Shown here one piece after another: positions 38,163-51,386 of a stretch of DNA of 64,000 nt. The translations under genes were made by a program, and so were the position numbers. The stretch is from the NCBI GenBank assembly GCA_026770705.1, contig JANJGN010000026.1, positions 31,372,001 through 31,436,000 of the forward strand. The letters run 5' to 3'. The notes under the pieces are model-generated. The model did not search any database and was not told the origin of the DNA. It saw only the letters and a program-made list of their open reading frames with translations. The stretch's first letter is position 1. Each line of letters starts with the position of its first letter. The stretch is from Isurus oxyrinchus. Taxonomy: Eukaryota.

Positions 38163-41100
38163 GTAAGAACCATGCACTTATTTAGTAACTGTTTTATTTG
38201 AGTCTTTGCTTTACGTTTTTGTCTATTTTAATAATTCATTCCTTCACTGAAGCATGGGTTTGGTGGATTCTGTATTCAGATTTGTTTTACAATGCTTCAT
38301 GCGATTCCGCTATGTCTTGACAAAAAAAGTACTGCTGAGGGATTCGTCCCTGGTCGTTGTGATTTGGTGTTTATCTACTGAGGATAATGTGTGGCCGGGT
38401 TACTTGAAATATCTAACGTTTGTTAAAACAGTTTGACGTTTCTGCAGTGTTTAATCTCGGTGACATCTAATGGCTGCAGGTTTTACCATCTGTTGCACAA
38501 GGGTTTAAATATGTCTGAAATCAAGCCCAATATGAACAAAATGTGCTTGAGTTTCAATGTTAATTTATTGAACATGTTCCGCCTACTCACAATGCTGGTG
38601 CCATTATTCCATATTTCTGTTTAGTTTAATTATTCATTCATTTGGTGACGAGCGGGTTGTCTGGATTCGATATTGAGATTTTCTTGCAATGTGACATTGG
38701 ATTCTGTTGGAATTGTTTATTGAATTGAGTTGCTTCTCCATGAAACGGGTTTCAGCCCCAGTGATGTGATTTGGTGTTTTTCTGCTGAGGAGATTGTGTG
38801 TCTGGGTGGCTTTGAACAAGTGGAATTTGTGAAACGGTTTGGCGGTTCTGCATTGTTTCTGCTTTGTTTAAACTCGGTGATATTGAGCGGTTACACGTTT
38901 TGTGGTTGAATGGAAACAGTCTACGCGTTTGTATCTGCTTGAAGCGCGATTGTAGGCAGAAATTGGGAAAAAGCGTTTAAAGATGCGTTAGAACATTTTG
39001 TTTTTATTTTAAGTGATAATTGCAGATTAAGCTAAACCATGGATAATGACGCTCATTCAGAACATAACTCGGTACTGCAATCAGAAACTATATAATTAAC
39101 AAGTTTTCAAATTGTAAAGTAAAATTAATATAATTCAAACAATTATAATATGGTAATATTTCTCCATATTGACGGAACAACTTTCATATTAACATAATTG
39201 ATCATTAATCGTCTTTCACAATTCTGCTGGCACTGCGCACTATTAAGATGATAGGAAAAGTTTTTAGGCTGGAAACATTTTGTGATTATGTATAAAAAAA
39301 TCAATAAGAATATACTGACTCTACAGAATTGTTCAGATTCACAAGAGATTTTGAATTACTTTTTTAGATCCCTGATAACCTTTATCTTAAAATCTTAAAA
39401 CCTTATCTTAAAGACTTAAAGAGGAGTTTGACATTGCAGTTTGGCAATATGTGTATCCGTTTATTACATTCTTTCTGTGCAACCAGAGCCGCATTATTCC
39501 TTCAATGTCATTGGGATTTGGATAGCGAGATAATTGTCACTAGTTTAATCTTAAACAGTTTTCTGGGGGTAGAATTTGCTGGCAGTAAATGAATTGTTCT
39601 TACATTTTCTTGAAATGTAGGAAGGTGCAGACTGCATATGAATAGAGTTTGACAAGTAAAAGCTTGAAATTCGAACAGATTAATTTAATTGCAAACATTA
39701 ATATTAGTTTGAGCTTAATAACAATACCCTGCCTCCCATAGTTGTGCTGGAAACAGAATAGAATTATAGGGGAAGAACAGATTATATCTGAGATTCATGC
39801 TTAATTCTTATTAAATGTTAAATTGAAGAACAAAATCTCGAATCCTTTTGCTGGTTATATTTCAGTGGTGCAGATGATCTGAATGAATTGTTCTCATCAA
39901 GTTTTATACTGATCAATTTGGGTCTTCTTTCAATGAACAACATATTTAACCATTAAATTATAGGGATTGTTATCTAGGAAGCACTTTTATTGTTAAGTAA
40001 CTGCTAGGAACATTTTTTACATATAGCTTGGAATTAAGACAAGTTTGCTTTAACCAACAGATGGTGTTACAGCCCATCGACAGTTAATGTGATGTGACCC
40101 CCGGCCATATTTGAAAATATTTAAAATATTCCACTCATAAAGTCATCGTGTGAATTACTCGATGAGAATAGATGGAATTTATGATTTCTCAATGCATTCA
40201 GAAACACGCATAGTTTACAATTTTGTACGTTAAAACAAGAGCAGTGGAAGTAAAAGTAAAATAGTAAATAATGATTAGATTTAAGTAAAATTGATATACT
40301 TCTCTGAATGTTACCATCTGGTAATTTCAAGTTTATTGTTCAACATTGTTTCAGTGTCAGGTTGATTTAAATAAACCCCAATTATTTCACAAAGTACCAG
40401 GGAGAAACAAGTTTTCAATTATTGAAAACCATTTTTAATATTATAGAGTAGAAATCAGCTAACAAGAAAATGAATTGACAATAACAAGATAATTAACTTA
40501 CAAGATAATATTAGTGAAAATTAATTCAACATAAATAAACTCCAACAATTAAGTAGTCATTATAATGAATGCAAAATCTCAAAGGGTGGAGAGAATTTTT
40601 AATTGTATCCAAAATGAATTTAGAAAAGAATACTTCCTTACTCAGCTGTGCTCAGCTCGAATAGGTGTTTCGCCTTGATGATTTTCTTGATTATATTTAT
40701 ATCTACAATCACATCAAATCAGTGGGTAATCGATTTTCAATGTGAATATTTCCTGATTTGTTTAATTCTTACCTTGTCATTGAGTTTCTGTTACGGACAT
40801 GAAATTACCCTGAATCTGTCATATTTAATGTGCTCATTTTCAGGGTAACTTAAATCTTACATTGTTTGGAGATTTGAGGCAGACAGGGAGAATTAAATGG
40901 AGTTCAAAGGGAGTTTTAAAATGAAAATCAGATTAATTTCAAAGAAGTTATAGAATAATTGTAGTAAATTGACCATTGATCAATTAGAATCAAACAGCTT
41001 GAATAAAATGGACGGATTGAACAGATCTATCTGCTGGGAACTCACTTGTTGCATCATTTATGTCTGTTCTGTGCCTGTGCGCGTGGTCACTATGCTGGGA

Positions 41101-42329
41101 CCAGGATTCTGACATATTGACAGTGAAGGAACGGCGATATAATTCCAAGTCAGAATAGTGGGTGCCTTGGAGGGGAACGTACAGGTGGCAGTGTTTCCAA
41201 GCACCTGCTGCCCTTGTCCTTCTAGTTAGCAGAGATTGTGGGTTTTAAGGGTGCTCCTGAAGGAGCCTTGGCGAGTTGCTGCAGTGCATCTTGTATATGG
41301 TACACACTGCTGTCACTGTGTGTCAGTGGGGGAGGGAGTAAATGTTTAAGGTGGTGGATGGGGTACCAATTCTGTGGGCTGCTTTGTCCCGGATAGTATC
41401 GAGTTTCTTGGGGTTTTTTGAAGTTTCACTCATTGAGGCAAGTGGAAACTATTCAATCCCAGTCCTGACTTGTGCCTTGTAGATGGTCAGTTGTCTTTGG
41501 GCAATAGGAGTTGAATTGCTCGCCACAGAATTCCCAGCCTCTGACCGGCTCTTGCAGCCACAGCATTTATATCAAAACTGGATTGAACCCTCTCGTGGGC
41601 ATATTTGATGGAACAATGTAGAGAGAGTTTTATTTTATGTCAAACCAGTGCTGTACCTGACCCGGAGTGTTTGACAGTTCAGTGGAGAATTGGCTTTCTG
41701 TTGAATCCCATCCTTGCAGCTGATGACAGGAGTGTACCGGAGGAGGAGTGGGGGCTTTAATCCATGTCTTAACTTGTCCTGTTCCTGACCTGAGAGCCTT
41801 TTCCCTGCAGAGGTCAAACAAACTGAATCAGCATTGAACTACCTGGCTGTGAGTCCTAGACCAGATCTGTGAAAATAAACAGTTCCATTGCTCAGTTGAA
41901 ATGACGCACATTAATTGTTTTTAACAATATTTCTGGAGAGAACATGTATGCATTTTAAATGAATTAATTATGTTTAAGCATTTTGAGTATCAGAAAATCA
42001 TTGAATGTGAGTGACCTGAACTTGAGCACAATTTCAGAACAAACAGAATCAGGGAGTGACAGTGAGTTTCCAGAGAGCAGCACCTGTTCTGATCTGATCA
42101 GAGGCTGCGAGTTATTTAAATGATTGAAATGGACAATGACCAGACTCCCGCTCCAAATAACCAGTCGTGGGGGATTTGGGGAAAAGAAGCCGCCATCAAA
42201 GACTGAGTTATTGAATTGCCGCCTGCAGGGGGAGGAATGAATGACAGAAATAAGAGCATGAGGAGGACGTTCGGCCCTTCGATCCTGCCCTCCATTCAGT
42301 CAGATCATGGTTCATCTACCTCGACACTC

Positions 42330-42812
42330 AGTCTCTTTACCACACACCCTCACTCGCTCACTCTCTCTGTCACACACGCTCTCTCTCTCACACACACGTT
42401 CACTCTCTCTCTCTCTCTCACGCATTTTCTCTGACAGACACACACTGTCTCTTTCTCTCTCTGTCTCACACACACACACAAACATACTCTCACATTCTCT
42501 CTTTCACACACACAAACTCTCTTTAACACGCCCACACTCTGTCTCACACATTGCCTCTCTCTTTCACACACACTCTCAAACATACTATCTCAACTACACA
42601 CACTCTCACGCACGTGCACACTGTCTCTCCAACACACACATGCACTATTTCTCACACATGCACTCTCACACACTCATTCTCTCTCACACACACACACACA
42701 CTTTCTGTCTCTGTCTCTCTCTCTTTCCCTCTCAAAAACACACATACACTTGCATGCACTCTCTCTCTCTCTCTCTCTTTCTCACGCACACACACACATT
42801 CTCACATACATA
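42330..42812 (+). repeat. (CA)/(CT) low-complexity microsatellite tract
   Basis: Alternating CACACA/CTCTCT runs. Confidence 0.9.
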
Positions 42813-43379
42813 TGTGGGCTGAAAATACTAATTTCAGAATGAAAATCCGTTAAACTGCAGGCATGTTCATTGTTCCATTTCTGAAGTCCTTTTGTGTAAA
42901 ATGCAATTACACAGGTGACATCACTATATATGTGGAGAATTTCCAAGTGTTGAACTAAACACAAAGAAACAAGAAAATGGGAGGGATGTGATGGAGACCA
43001 CGGCCGCCTTGATCCCCAATACTGGTGCACACTTGGTGCAAGATACCTGCACGGCCCATCCTGGTTTTGCTGTAACCTTCCCCTCCAGCCCCTCAGTCTG
43101 CCTATTCGCACACTGACACGGGTTTCTTAAAGAAAGGCATCAGCATTAAAGCAGCTGGCCAGTGCTCTACACTGCTGCCTGACTTTACACAGCCGGTGTT
43201 ACTGAAAGCTGATCAATCTGGAGAATCGGGACAGGGTCGATGGAGAGGAAGAGGAGGAGGTGGAGCTGGTGGAGCTGAATGGAGGAGCCCCCAGCTCGGC
43301 AACAGGCAATGGAAAGCTGAGCCAGAGCAGAAAATCATCTGGAGAAACATCACCTTGATGAGCCTGCAGCACCTGGGCA

Positions 43380-44170
43380 CCCTCACTACCCACAATCATC
43401 ACCCTCATTCTCTCACTCATCCTCACTACCCATAATCACTCATCCTCACTCAATCTCACTCACTCACCCTCACTCACTCGCCATCACTCATCCTCACTCC
43501 CTCACCCACCCTCACTCACTCACCCTCGCTCACTCGCCCTCACTCCCTCTATCACTCATCCGCCCTCCCTCACCCACCCATGCTCACTCACCCTCACTCA
43601 CTCACACTCACTCACCCATCACTCACGCACCCTCACTCACTCTCTCTCACTCACCCTCACTCACCCATTTTCATTCTCACTCAATTACTCACCCTAACTC
43701 ACTCACTCTCACTCACCCTCACTCACCTTTCCCTACCGAGCCTCATTCTCACTCAATTACCCACCCTAACTCACTCACACTCACTCACTCTCACTCACCC
43801 ACAGTCACTCACCCAGCCTCATTCACAGTCATTCACCCACCCTCACTTATCCACCCTTACTCATCCACGCTCACTCATCCTTACTCAAACTCACTCATTC
43901 ACCCATCCTTATTCACCTACCTGCACTCACAGTCAATAACTCATCCTCCCCACCCTCACACACCCAGCAACTCTCACTCACCCACTCATCCACCCTCAGT
44001 CAATCACCCACCCTCACTCACTCATCCATTCTTACTCACCCACATTCAGGCACCCACCCACGCTCACTCATCACTCACCCACGCACCCTCACTCACTCAG
44101 CCACCCGCCCTCGCTCTGTCATTCAGCCACCCTCACTTTGTCAACCATGCACAGGCTCACTCACTCGATC
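43380..44170 (+). repeat. C-rich CTCA/CCCTCACTCA low-complexity repeat
   Basis: CTCACTCACCCTCACTCA-like units; very few G on the + strand. Confidence 0.9.
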
Positions 44171-44599
44171 ACTTTTCCTAAATCGGTGTGTGGGAGGGCG
44201 GGAACGAGAGACCTGGAAGAGAGGCCTGAGGCCTAGCAGTGCCAGAAAGTGGAGGATGGCCGAAGGGAGCGATGAGCGTCGGTCGAAAGGGCAGAGAGGC
44301 GAGGAGAAAGTGCAGAGAGCCTGGGGGAAAAGGCAGAGAGCCGAGGGGGTTGGGGTGGAAGGGCAAAGAGCCGGGGGGTTTGGGGGGAAGGGAAGAGAGT
44401 CGGGGAAAAGGGCAGGGATCCAGCAAAAAGTGCATAAAGATTGGGCAAGGGTCAGCGAGCCCGGGAACGGTCAGCGATCCAGTGGAAAAGGTCAGAAAGC
44501 CGAGCGAAAGCGCAGAGACCCATGGAGTAAGTGCAGAGAGCTGGGGTAGAAAGCACAGGGAGGCGGGGGGGTGGGGTGCAGTGCAGAGAGGCAGGAGGG

Positions 44600-45850
44600 G
44601 GAAAGGGCAAAGAGGCGGCGGGGGAAAGGGAAACGGCAGAGAGGCGGGGTGGAGGGCTGAGAGGCGGGGGTGCAGTGCGGAAAGGGCAGTAAAGCGGGGG
44701 GCAAAGGGCAGAGAGGCGGGAGGGGGAAAGGGCAGAGAGGCAGGAGGGGGAAAAGGCAGAGAGGCAGGAGAGGGAAAGGTCAGAGAGGCAGGAAGGAGAA
44801 AGGGCAGAGAGGCAGGAGGGGGAAAGGGCAGAGAGGCAGGAGGGGGAAAGGGCAGAGAGGCAGGAGGGAAAAAGGACAGAGAGGAGAGGAGGAAAGGGCA
44901 GGGAGGCCGGAGGAGGAAAGGGCAGAGAGGCCGGAGGGAAAAAGGGCAGAGAGGCGGGAGGGGGAAAGGGCAGAGAGGCGGGAGGGGAAATGGGCAGAGA
45001 GGCGGGAGGGGAAATGGGCAGAGAGGTGGGAGGGGAAATGGGCAGAGAGGTGGGAGGGGAAATGGGCAGAGAGGTGGGAGGGGAAATGGGCAGAGAGGCG
45101 GGAGGGGAAATGGGCAGAGAGGCGGGAGGGGGAAAGGGCAGAGAGGCGGGAGGGGAAATGGGCAGAGAGGTGGGAGGGGAAATGGGCAGAGAGGTGGGAG
45201 GGGAAATGGGCAGAGAGGCGGGGAGAAAGTGCTGAGAGGCGGGAGGGGGAAAGGGCAGAGAGGAGAGGAGGAAAGGGCAGAGAGGCGGGAGGGGGCAAAG
45301 GGCAGAGAGGTGGGAGGGCGAAGGGCAGAGAGGCGGGAGGGGGAAAGGGCAGGGAGGCGGGAGGGGAAAAGGGCAGAGAGGCCAGAGGGAAAAAGGGCAG
45401 AGAGGCAGAAGGGTGAAAGGGCAGAGAGGCTGGCGAGAAAGGGAAGAGAGGCGAGGGGTAAAGGGCAATGAGGCAGGAGGGGCAAAGGGCAGAGAAGCGG
45501 GAGGGCAAAGGGTAGAAGGGCCAGAGGAGGAAAGGGCAGAGAGACAGGAAGGGGAAAGGGCAGAGAGGTGGGAGGAGGAAAGGGCAGAGAGGCGGAGGGA
45601 GGAAAGGGCAGAGAGGCAGGAGGGGGAAAGGGCAGAGAGGCGGGAGGGGGCAAGTGCAGAGAGGAGGGTGGGGGTAAAGGGCAGAGAGGCAGGAGGGGGA
45701 AAGGGCAGAGAGGCGGGAGGGGGAAAGGGCAGAGAGGCAGAGGGAGGAAAGGGCAAAGAGGCGGGGGGAAAGGGCAGCGAAGCGGGCAGGGGGGAAGGGC
45801 TGAGAGGTGGGGGAATGGGGAAGGGCAGCGAGGTGGGCAAAAGTGCAGAG
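44600..45850 (+). repeat. G-rich 24-bp tandem repeat (~50 units) in the JH-Cmu intron
   Basis: Unit GGGCAGAGAGGCGGGAGGGGAAAT / ..GGGGGAAA; degenerate copies from ~44285. Confidence 0.95.
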
Positions 45851-46344
45851 AGCCGGAATACAGTGGGGACATCCGGGCGAAAGCATTTGTGAGCCGAGGC
45901 TCCAGGCACCCTGGGCCCCATTCTCTCTCTCTCTCTCTCTCTCTCCCTCATTGCATCTCCTCCTCCTGAAATCCTTTCCGTTCCTGGGGAAAGGCGATAA
46001 GTGCCTAGGAGAGAAAGGAGACAATGTCTCAGTGCGCTCCCCCCCCCCCCCCACCCCCTCACCCCGGCCCCACCGGCTTCCTACACCTTCCTCCAGTGGG
46101 TGTTCACTGCCCCTCCAATCACAACCTGTTTGTCTCCCACTTTTCCTGCTGATAGGCCCACTAGTCAGGCTATCAGCAGCTAACGGGGTAGGGGGTGCGC
46201 CTGAGATTGGGGGAGCATCTCCTTACAGATATCTTCAACTCCACTTACCTGCCTTACTAGCATTTTGAACAACGGCTCCGGGGGCCAGACAGAGGGGCTT
46301 CGGGGGCCACAATCCAGTGAAGGGACATGGATTGGACAAGCCCA

Positions 46345-47935
46345 TAATAAAGGAAAATAAGGAAATGGGCAGAGAAGTTGGCCAAATACTTTGGCCTTAA
46401 CGAGGTGGTTACTAAAATGGCAGAGGCATTGGTTTTAATTTTCCAAACTTCCCGAGATTCTGGAACAGTCTAATCAGGTTGGAAAATAGAGAATGAGGCT
46501 TTCTCTTAAATAAAGGAGGGAAAGGGAAAGCAAGAAACTACAGGCCAGTTAGCTTAACATCTGTCAGAGCGAAAATGTTTTAATCTTTTCTTAAGGAGTA
46601 TATCACGGGTCACCAAGAAAATCCGAATGCAAATATGGAGATCCATCATGGTTTTGTGAAAGGGAAATCAATCACATTTGGCTGATTTATTTGAGGTCTT
46701 TGAAGTAAGAAGGAACATGAATAAAGGAGAACCTGTGGGTGTGCTCTACTTGGACTTCCAAAAGGCATTTGACAAAGTGGCACATCAAGGTTACTACACA
46801 AAATAGTGGTGTTGGCAGTAACATTTCAGCATGGATAGAAGTTTGGTTAGCTAATGGGAAACAGAATAGGGATAAATTGGTTATTTTAGATTGGCAAGAT
46901 GTGACAAGTGGAGTTCCACAGGGATCAATGCTGCGGCCTCAACTATTTACAATTTATAACAATGACTTGAATTAAAGGACTGAATGAATTTGCTAAATTT
47001 GCTGATAACACAAAAATAGATAGTAAAGTAAATGGTGAAGAGAGGTTAAAGATCAGCAAAGGGATATCGATAGGTTAATTGAGTGGGCAAAAAAAATGAC
47101 AGATGGAGTATAATCTGGGAAAATATAAACTTGTCCACTTTGGCAGGAAGAATACAAAAGCAGCGTATTATTGAAAGGGAGAGAGATGGCAGAACCCTGA
47201 GGTACAGAGGGATGTGGATCCCTTGGTGCATGAATCACAAAAAGTTATAATACAGGAACAGCAAGTGATGAGGAAGGCAAAGGGAATGTTGGCATTTATC
47301 ACAAGGGGAACAGAATATAATGGAAGGATATTTTGCTACAGTTTAACGGGGTGGCGATGAGACCTCGTCTGAATTACTGTGTACAGATTTGGTCTCGTTT
47401 AAGAAAGGATATAAAAGCATTAGAAGCTGTTCAGAGAATGTTCGTTCAAATGATACTGGGAGGTGTCGTCAGTTATCTTATGAGGAAAGTTTGGATAGGC
47501 TGGGCCTGTAACCATCGGAGTTTAGAAGAATAAGAGCTCATTTTATTCAAACATATAAAATCCTGAGGGGAATTAACAGGGTGGAAGCTGAAAGGATGTT
47601 TCCTCTTGTGAGAGAGACTAACGATAGGGAACACGGTTTAAAAATAAGAGGTCTCCCATTTCAGACAGAAATGAGGGGATTTTATTTTTTCTTTCAATGA
47701 CTCGTGAAACTTTGGAACTCTTCCCCAGAGACCGATGGAGGAGGAGTCATTAATATTCCAAGGCAGAGGTAGAGAGATTCTTCATTGACAAGGGAGTCAA
47801 AGGTTAGCCGAGAGGAGGCGGGAATGTAGAGTTCACGCCACAATCGGATCAGCTATGATCGGTAGTGAATGGTGGAGGAGGCCCCAGAGGCCGAATGGCC
47901 TACTCCTGCTACTGATCCGCATGTTCACATGTACA
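46345..47935 (+). mobile_element. CR1 LINE fragment (RT + 3' UTR) in the JH-Cmu intron
   Basis: VTSGVPQGSML.PQLFTIY; FADNTK; RPRLNYCVQIWS; GAATGGCCTACTCCTGCT 3' UTR. Confidence 0.88.
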
Positions 47936-48488
47936 TACGATTGGAAAATATCGTACTAACAGTCACTGGTATTCAGTTTAGGGTTCTATGGTCATTATAT
48001 AGGTACCATTACAAAGGTACTTTCGAAGTGTTATTGCTGTTCTTTGTTTTGGGGGGGATGTGGAGAGGGGAGGGGGCATCAGGAAATTTGAACAGAGCCA
48101 ATTTTCAAAGCTGCAATGATATAAATGATGAGACAAATTCTCTATCACCACGTGCTGTTGATTGAGAAATAAATGGTGCCAAAATAATGGGGAAGATGCT
48201 CTGCTCTTCCATTTTAATCCACTGAAAGGTACGTCATTCAGATGACATCAAAATGTTCTCTTTTAGTAATGGGATAGAGGCGGAAAAAGAGGTGTGGGTT
48301 TCTAAAGAGGGAACCGACAAGTGAGGGTCACCAAATGATGGAAATAATAAATGATCAAATGTGGATGTGGGCTTTAGTTGGAATATATTTGGATATGTTT
48401 ATAGTTCTAGTCTAATGTCGAGTTGTTTGGTTACTTAATGATCACAAATCACAGAGTCTAACTTGTTCGATTGGCCATTCTTTCCCAG

Positions 48489-48788
48489 CGACACCGTCTT
48501 CGCCCACTCTCTACAGCCTGGTCTCCTCCTGTCAGCAACACAACCCCGACGGCTCCGTCACCTACGGCTGTTTGGCGATGGACTACTCCCCAGAAATCAC
48601 CAGCCTGACCTGGAAGAAAGATGGGCAGCAGATCACCACTGGATTTAAGACATACCCGTCAGTGAGAAACCAGAAGGGAACTTTCACCCTGAGCAGCCAG
48701 TTAACCATCACCAAGTCAGAGGGAGAATGCAGCAAAATCAAGTGTGAGGTTCGATACAGCGGCTCAGACAAGAGCATTGAAATGCACT
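48489..48788 (+). CDS. IGHM: IgM constant exon Cmu1
   Basis: TTTCCCAG| (A)[70 protein letters not shown] |GTAAGT; 300 nt, phase 1-1. Confidence 0.95.
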
Positions 48789-49002
48789 GTAAGTGTTGGG
48801 GAACCTGTGAGAAACAGAAAGGCTGTGATTGACCTGTATAGAGTCTTGGCTGTAACGCATTTATAATACTCTGCATTGTTCTGATCCCTGGAAATTCCAA
48901 GTTCGTGTCCATTGACCGCAAAGAGCCTGTTAAAATATAAGAACTTATTGTATCTGTTATCAATTTCTTCTGCAAGAAATGGCTAACCTTTGTTTTTTGA
49001 AG

Positions 49003-49317
49003 GTCCTCGTCCTGACTTACCTCCAACTGTTCTCCTCACCGTGAGTTCCAGGGATGAAATCACAACCAAAAAATTTGCAACCGCCGTCTGTTCAATCATC
49101 GATTTCCGTCCGAAGCCAATCACCGTGAAGTGGCTGAAAAATGGACAGCCCATGAATTCAGGAATTGTCACCTCTCCCGCCTTTGAAATGAACGGGAACT
49201 TCTCGGCGACCAGTCGGCTGCAAGTCTCCGCTGGGGAATGGTTCAGCGACGCGGTCTATACCTGTCAGGTCACTCACCAAGGGGTCACCCAAAGTCGAAA
49301 CGCCACCAAGTGTGAGG
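49003..49317 (+). CDS. IGHM: IgM constant exon Cmu2
   Basis: TTTTGAAG| (C)[52 protein letters not shown] |GTAAGA; 315 nt. Confidence 0.95.
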
Positions 49318-49941
49318 GTAAGAAATACAAACCGTGGAAGCAATAGATCATTCTGCACACCGGTGTTAATCAAATCAGGAATTTATTGGAGTTAGTAGAA
49401 AGCACGAAACAACATCTAATTTACTATCATATAGTTGGTGTTTCATTCCGATGTAAGGGCTGCATTCGGATTATTCACCATTCAGGATTTGATCACATCA
49501 CGTCTCTGCACTGACGTCATAGAGTGTGTGAGGTGGACTTGATATCAGCTTTACCTTGAGTCAGCTGATCATATTTGGAGAGGCAGAAGGTGTCTGGAAC
49601 CCTTCACTGGTAACAGCTTCGAGACAGAGTGTTGGAAAGTGCACCCACCCTTTTTATAAAACATATTTCAGTCCTGCATTCCAGGGCCCAGGAATGATAC
49701 ATTTGTATTGGGACTGGGGCAACGCAGATTTATGAGAATGTTACCGGGGCTGAACGACTTCAATTATGAGAACAATTTACACAGACCAAGCTGGTTTTCC
49801 ATTGTGTAAAGAAGATTAAAAACGATAGTTAGAGGTTGATATGTCCAAGGTGATTTATTCTCCTTCAGGGAGTGAAGACTGAATACTGCTGTCCTGCTTC
49901 TGAAGGTGAAACTTTGGTTGATTTTCATTTCTGTCTCACAG

Positions 49942-50253
49942 GTGATCACCAATGCCTCAACGATCCCACAATTACTCTATTGCCACCTCCAATAGAACAA
50001 GTCTTACTGGAGGCGACCGTGACCTTAACCTGCATCGTTTCTAATGCACCTTATGGAGTCCTCGTGTCCTGGACACAAGAGAAGAAGCCTTTGAAATCAG
50101 AGATTGCCGTCCAACCGGGAGAGGATCCCGACAGCGTGGTCAGCAACGTAAACATCTCGACACAAGCCTGGCTGAGTGGGGCTGAGTTCTACTGCGTGGT
50201 GAGCCATCAGGATCTGCCGACTCCTTTAAGAAGTTCCATCCACAAGGAACCAG
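49942..50253 (+). CDS. IGHM: IgM constant exon Cmu3
   Basis: CTCACAG| (G)[52 protein letters not shown] |GTGAGC; 312 nt. Confidence 0.96.
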
Positions 50254-50967
50254 GTGAGCGGTGAGATTGAAGCAATAAGTTGTTCAATGTGTCTATTTCC
50301 AGTGTAAATGTAAGGATCAATATTTACTATTCAGTGTATTCATGGTCTACTCTGATTAGCAATTTCGCCAACGAAACGCCCTGGGCCTGTGGACTTTCAG
50401 GAGGAAATTGATAAGTAGATGAATGAACAATGAATTGAAGGCTGTGCCATTGGGTTTAGATGAAGCAAGATGGGAGGAGCCTGGTGCGAAGCTGAAACAC
50501 CAACATGGACCAGTTGGGCAGAATGGCCTGTTTCTATGCTGTAAACTTTGAGAAACTTTCTCGTCCAACCCTATAAGTTCTCAAGGAAAAGGATTGTGCC
50601 ACCTCTGCTCCGAGCTGGAAAGCCGGACAGATCCCAAACTATTTTATTTATTAATTCATGGGATGTGGGCGTCGCTGGCTGGGCCAGAGTTATTGCCCAT
50701 CCCTAATTGCCCTTGACAAGGTGTTGGTGAGCTGCCTTCTTGAACCACTGTAGTCCATGTGGTGTAGATACACCCACAGTGCTGTTAGGAAGGGAGTTCC
50801 AGAATTTTGATTCAGCTATAGTGAAGGATCGGTGATATATTTCCAAGAAGTGGATAATGAAAAACCTTAATATTCATCACAAAACACGTTACTCTCACAT
50901 CTAACCAGTGGTTTCATTGTCTATGAATGTATCCAGTTTATTAACATTTATTGTACATTTTCTGCAG

Positions 50968-51359
50968 TTAAAGACCCGCGGGAACCGTCCGTGTCTGTCC
51001 TCCTGCCCTCGGCAGAACATGTCTCCGCTCAGGGATTCGTCTCCCTCAGCTGCTTAGTGACAGGTTTCTCCCCGCGAGAGATTTTCGTCAAGTGGACTGT
51101 CAATGACAAGCCGGTGAATCCCGGGAACTACAAGAACACCGAGGTAGTGGCGGAGAACGGCAATCGCTCCTTCTTCATGTACAGCCTGTTATCCATTGCA
51201 GCGGAGGAGTGGGCCAGCGGCGCTTCTTACTCCTGTGTGGTGGGACATGAAGCGATCCCCTTGAAGATCATCAACAGAACGGTTGATAAATCCAGCGGTA
51301 AACCGAGTTTTGTGAACATTTCCCTTGCACTGATGGACACCGTTAATTCATGTCAATGA
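50968..51359 (+). CDS. IGHM: IgM constant exon Cmu4 + secretory tailpiece (internal donor after 51297 for the membrane form)
   Basis: TTCTGCAG| (V)[72 protein letters not shown]; tailpiece with NIS sequon and penultimate Cys. Confidence 0.97.
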
Positions 51360-51386
51360 GAATCTCTCGGTTACATTTCAAACTTC

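Noticed and set aside
44178-46062. Long ORFs (410-564 aa) on both strands
   Set aside because: Products of the stop-poor 24-bp G-rich repeat; low-complexity translation, no domain, intronic.
49512-49519. Perfect CRE palindrome TGACGTCA in the Cmu2-Cmu3 intron
   Set aside because: Single 8-mer; about one is expected by chance in 64 kb, and there is no supporting evidence.
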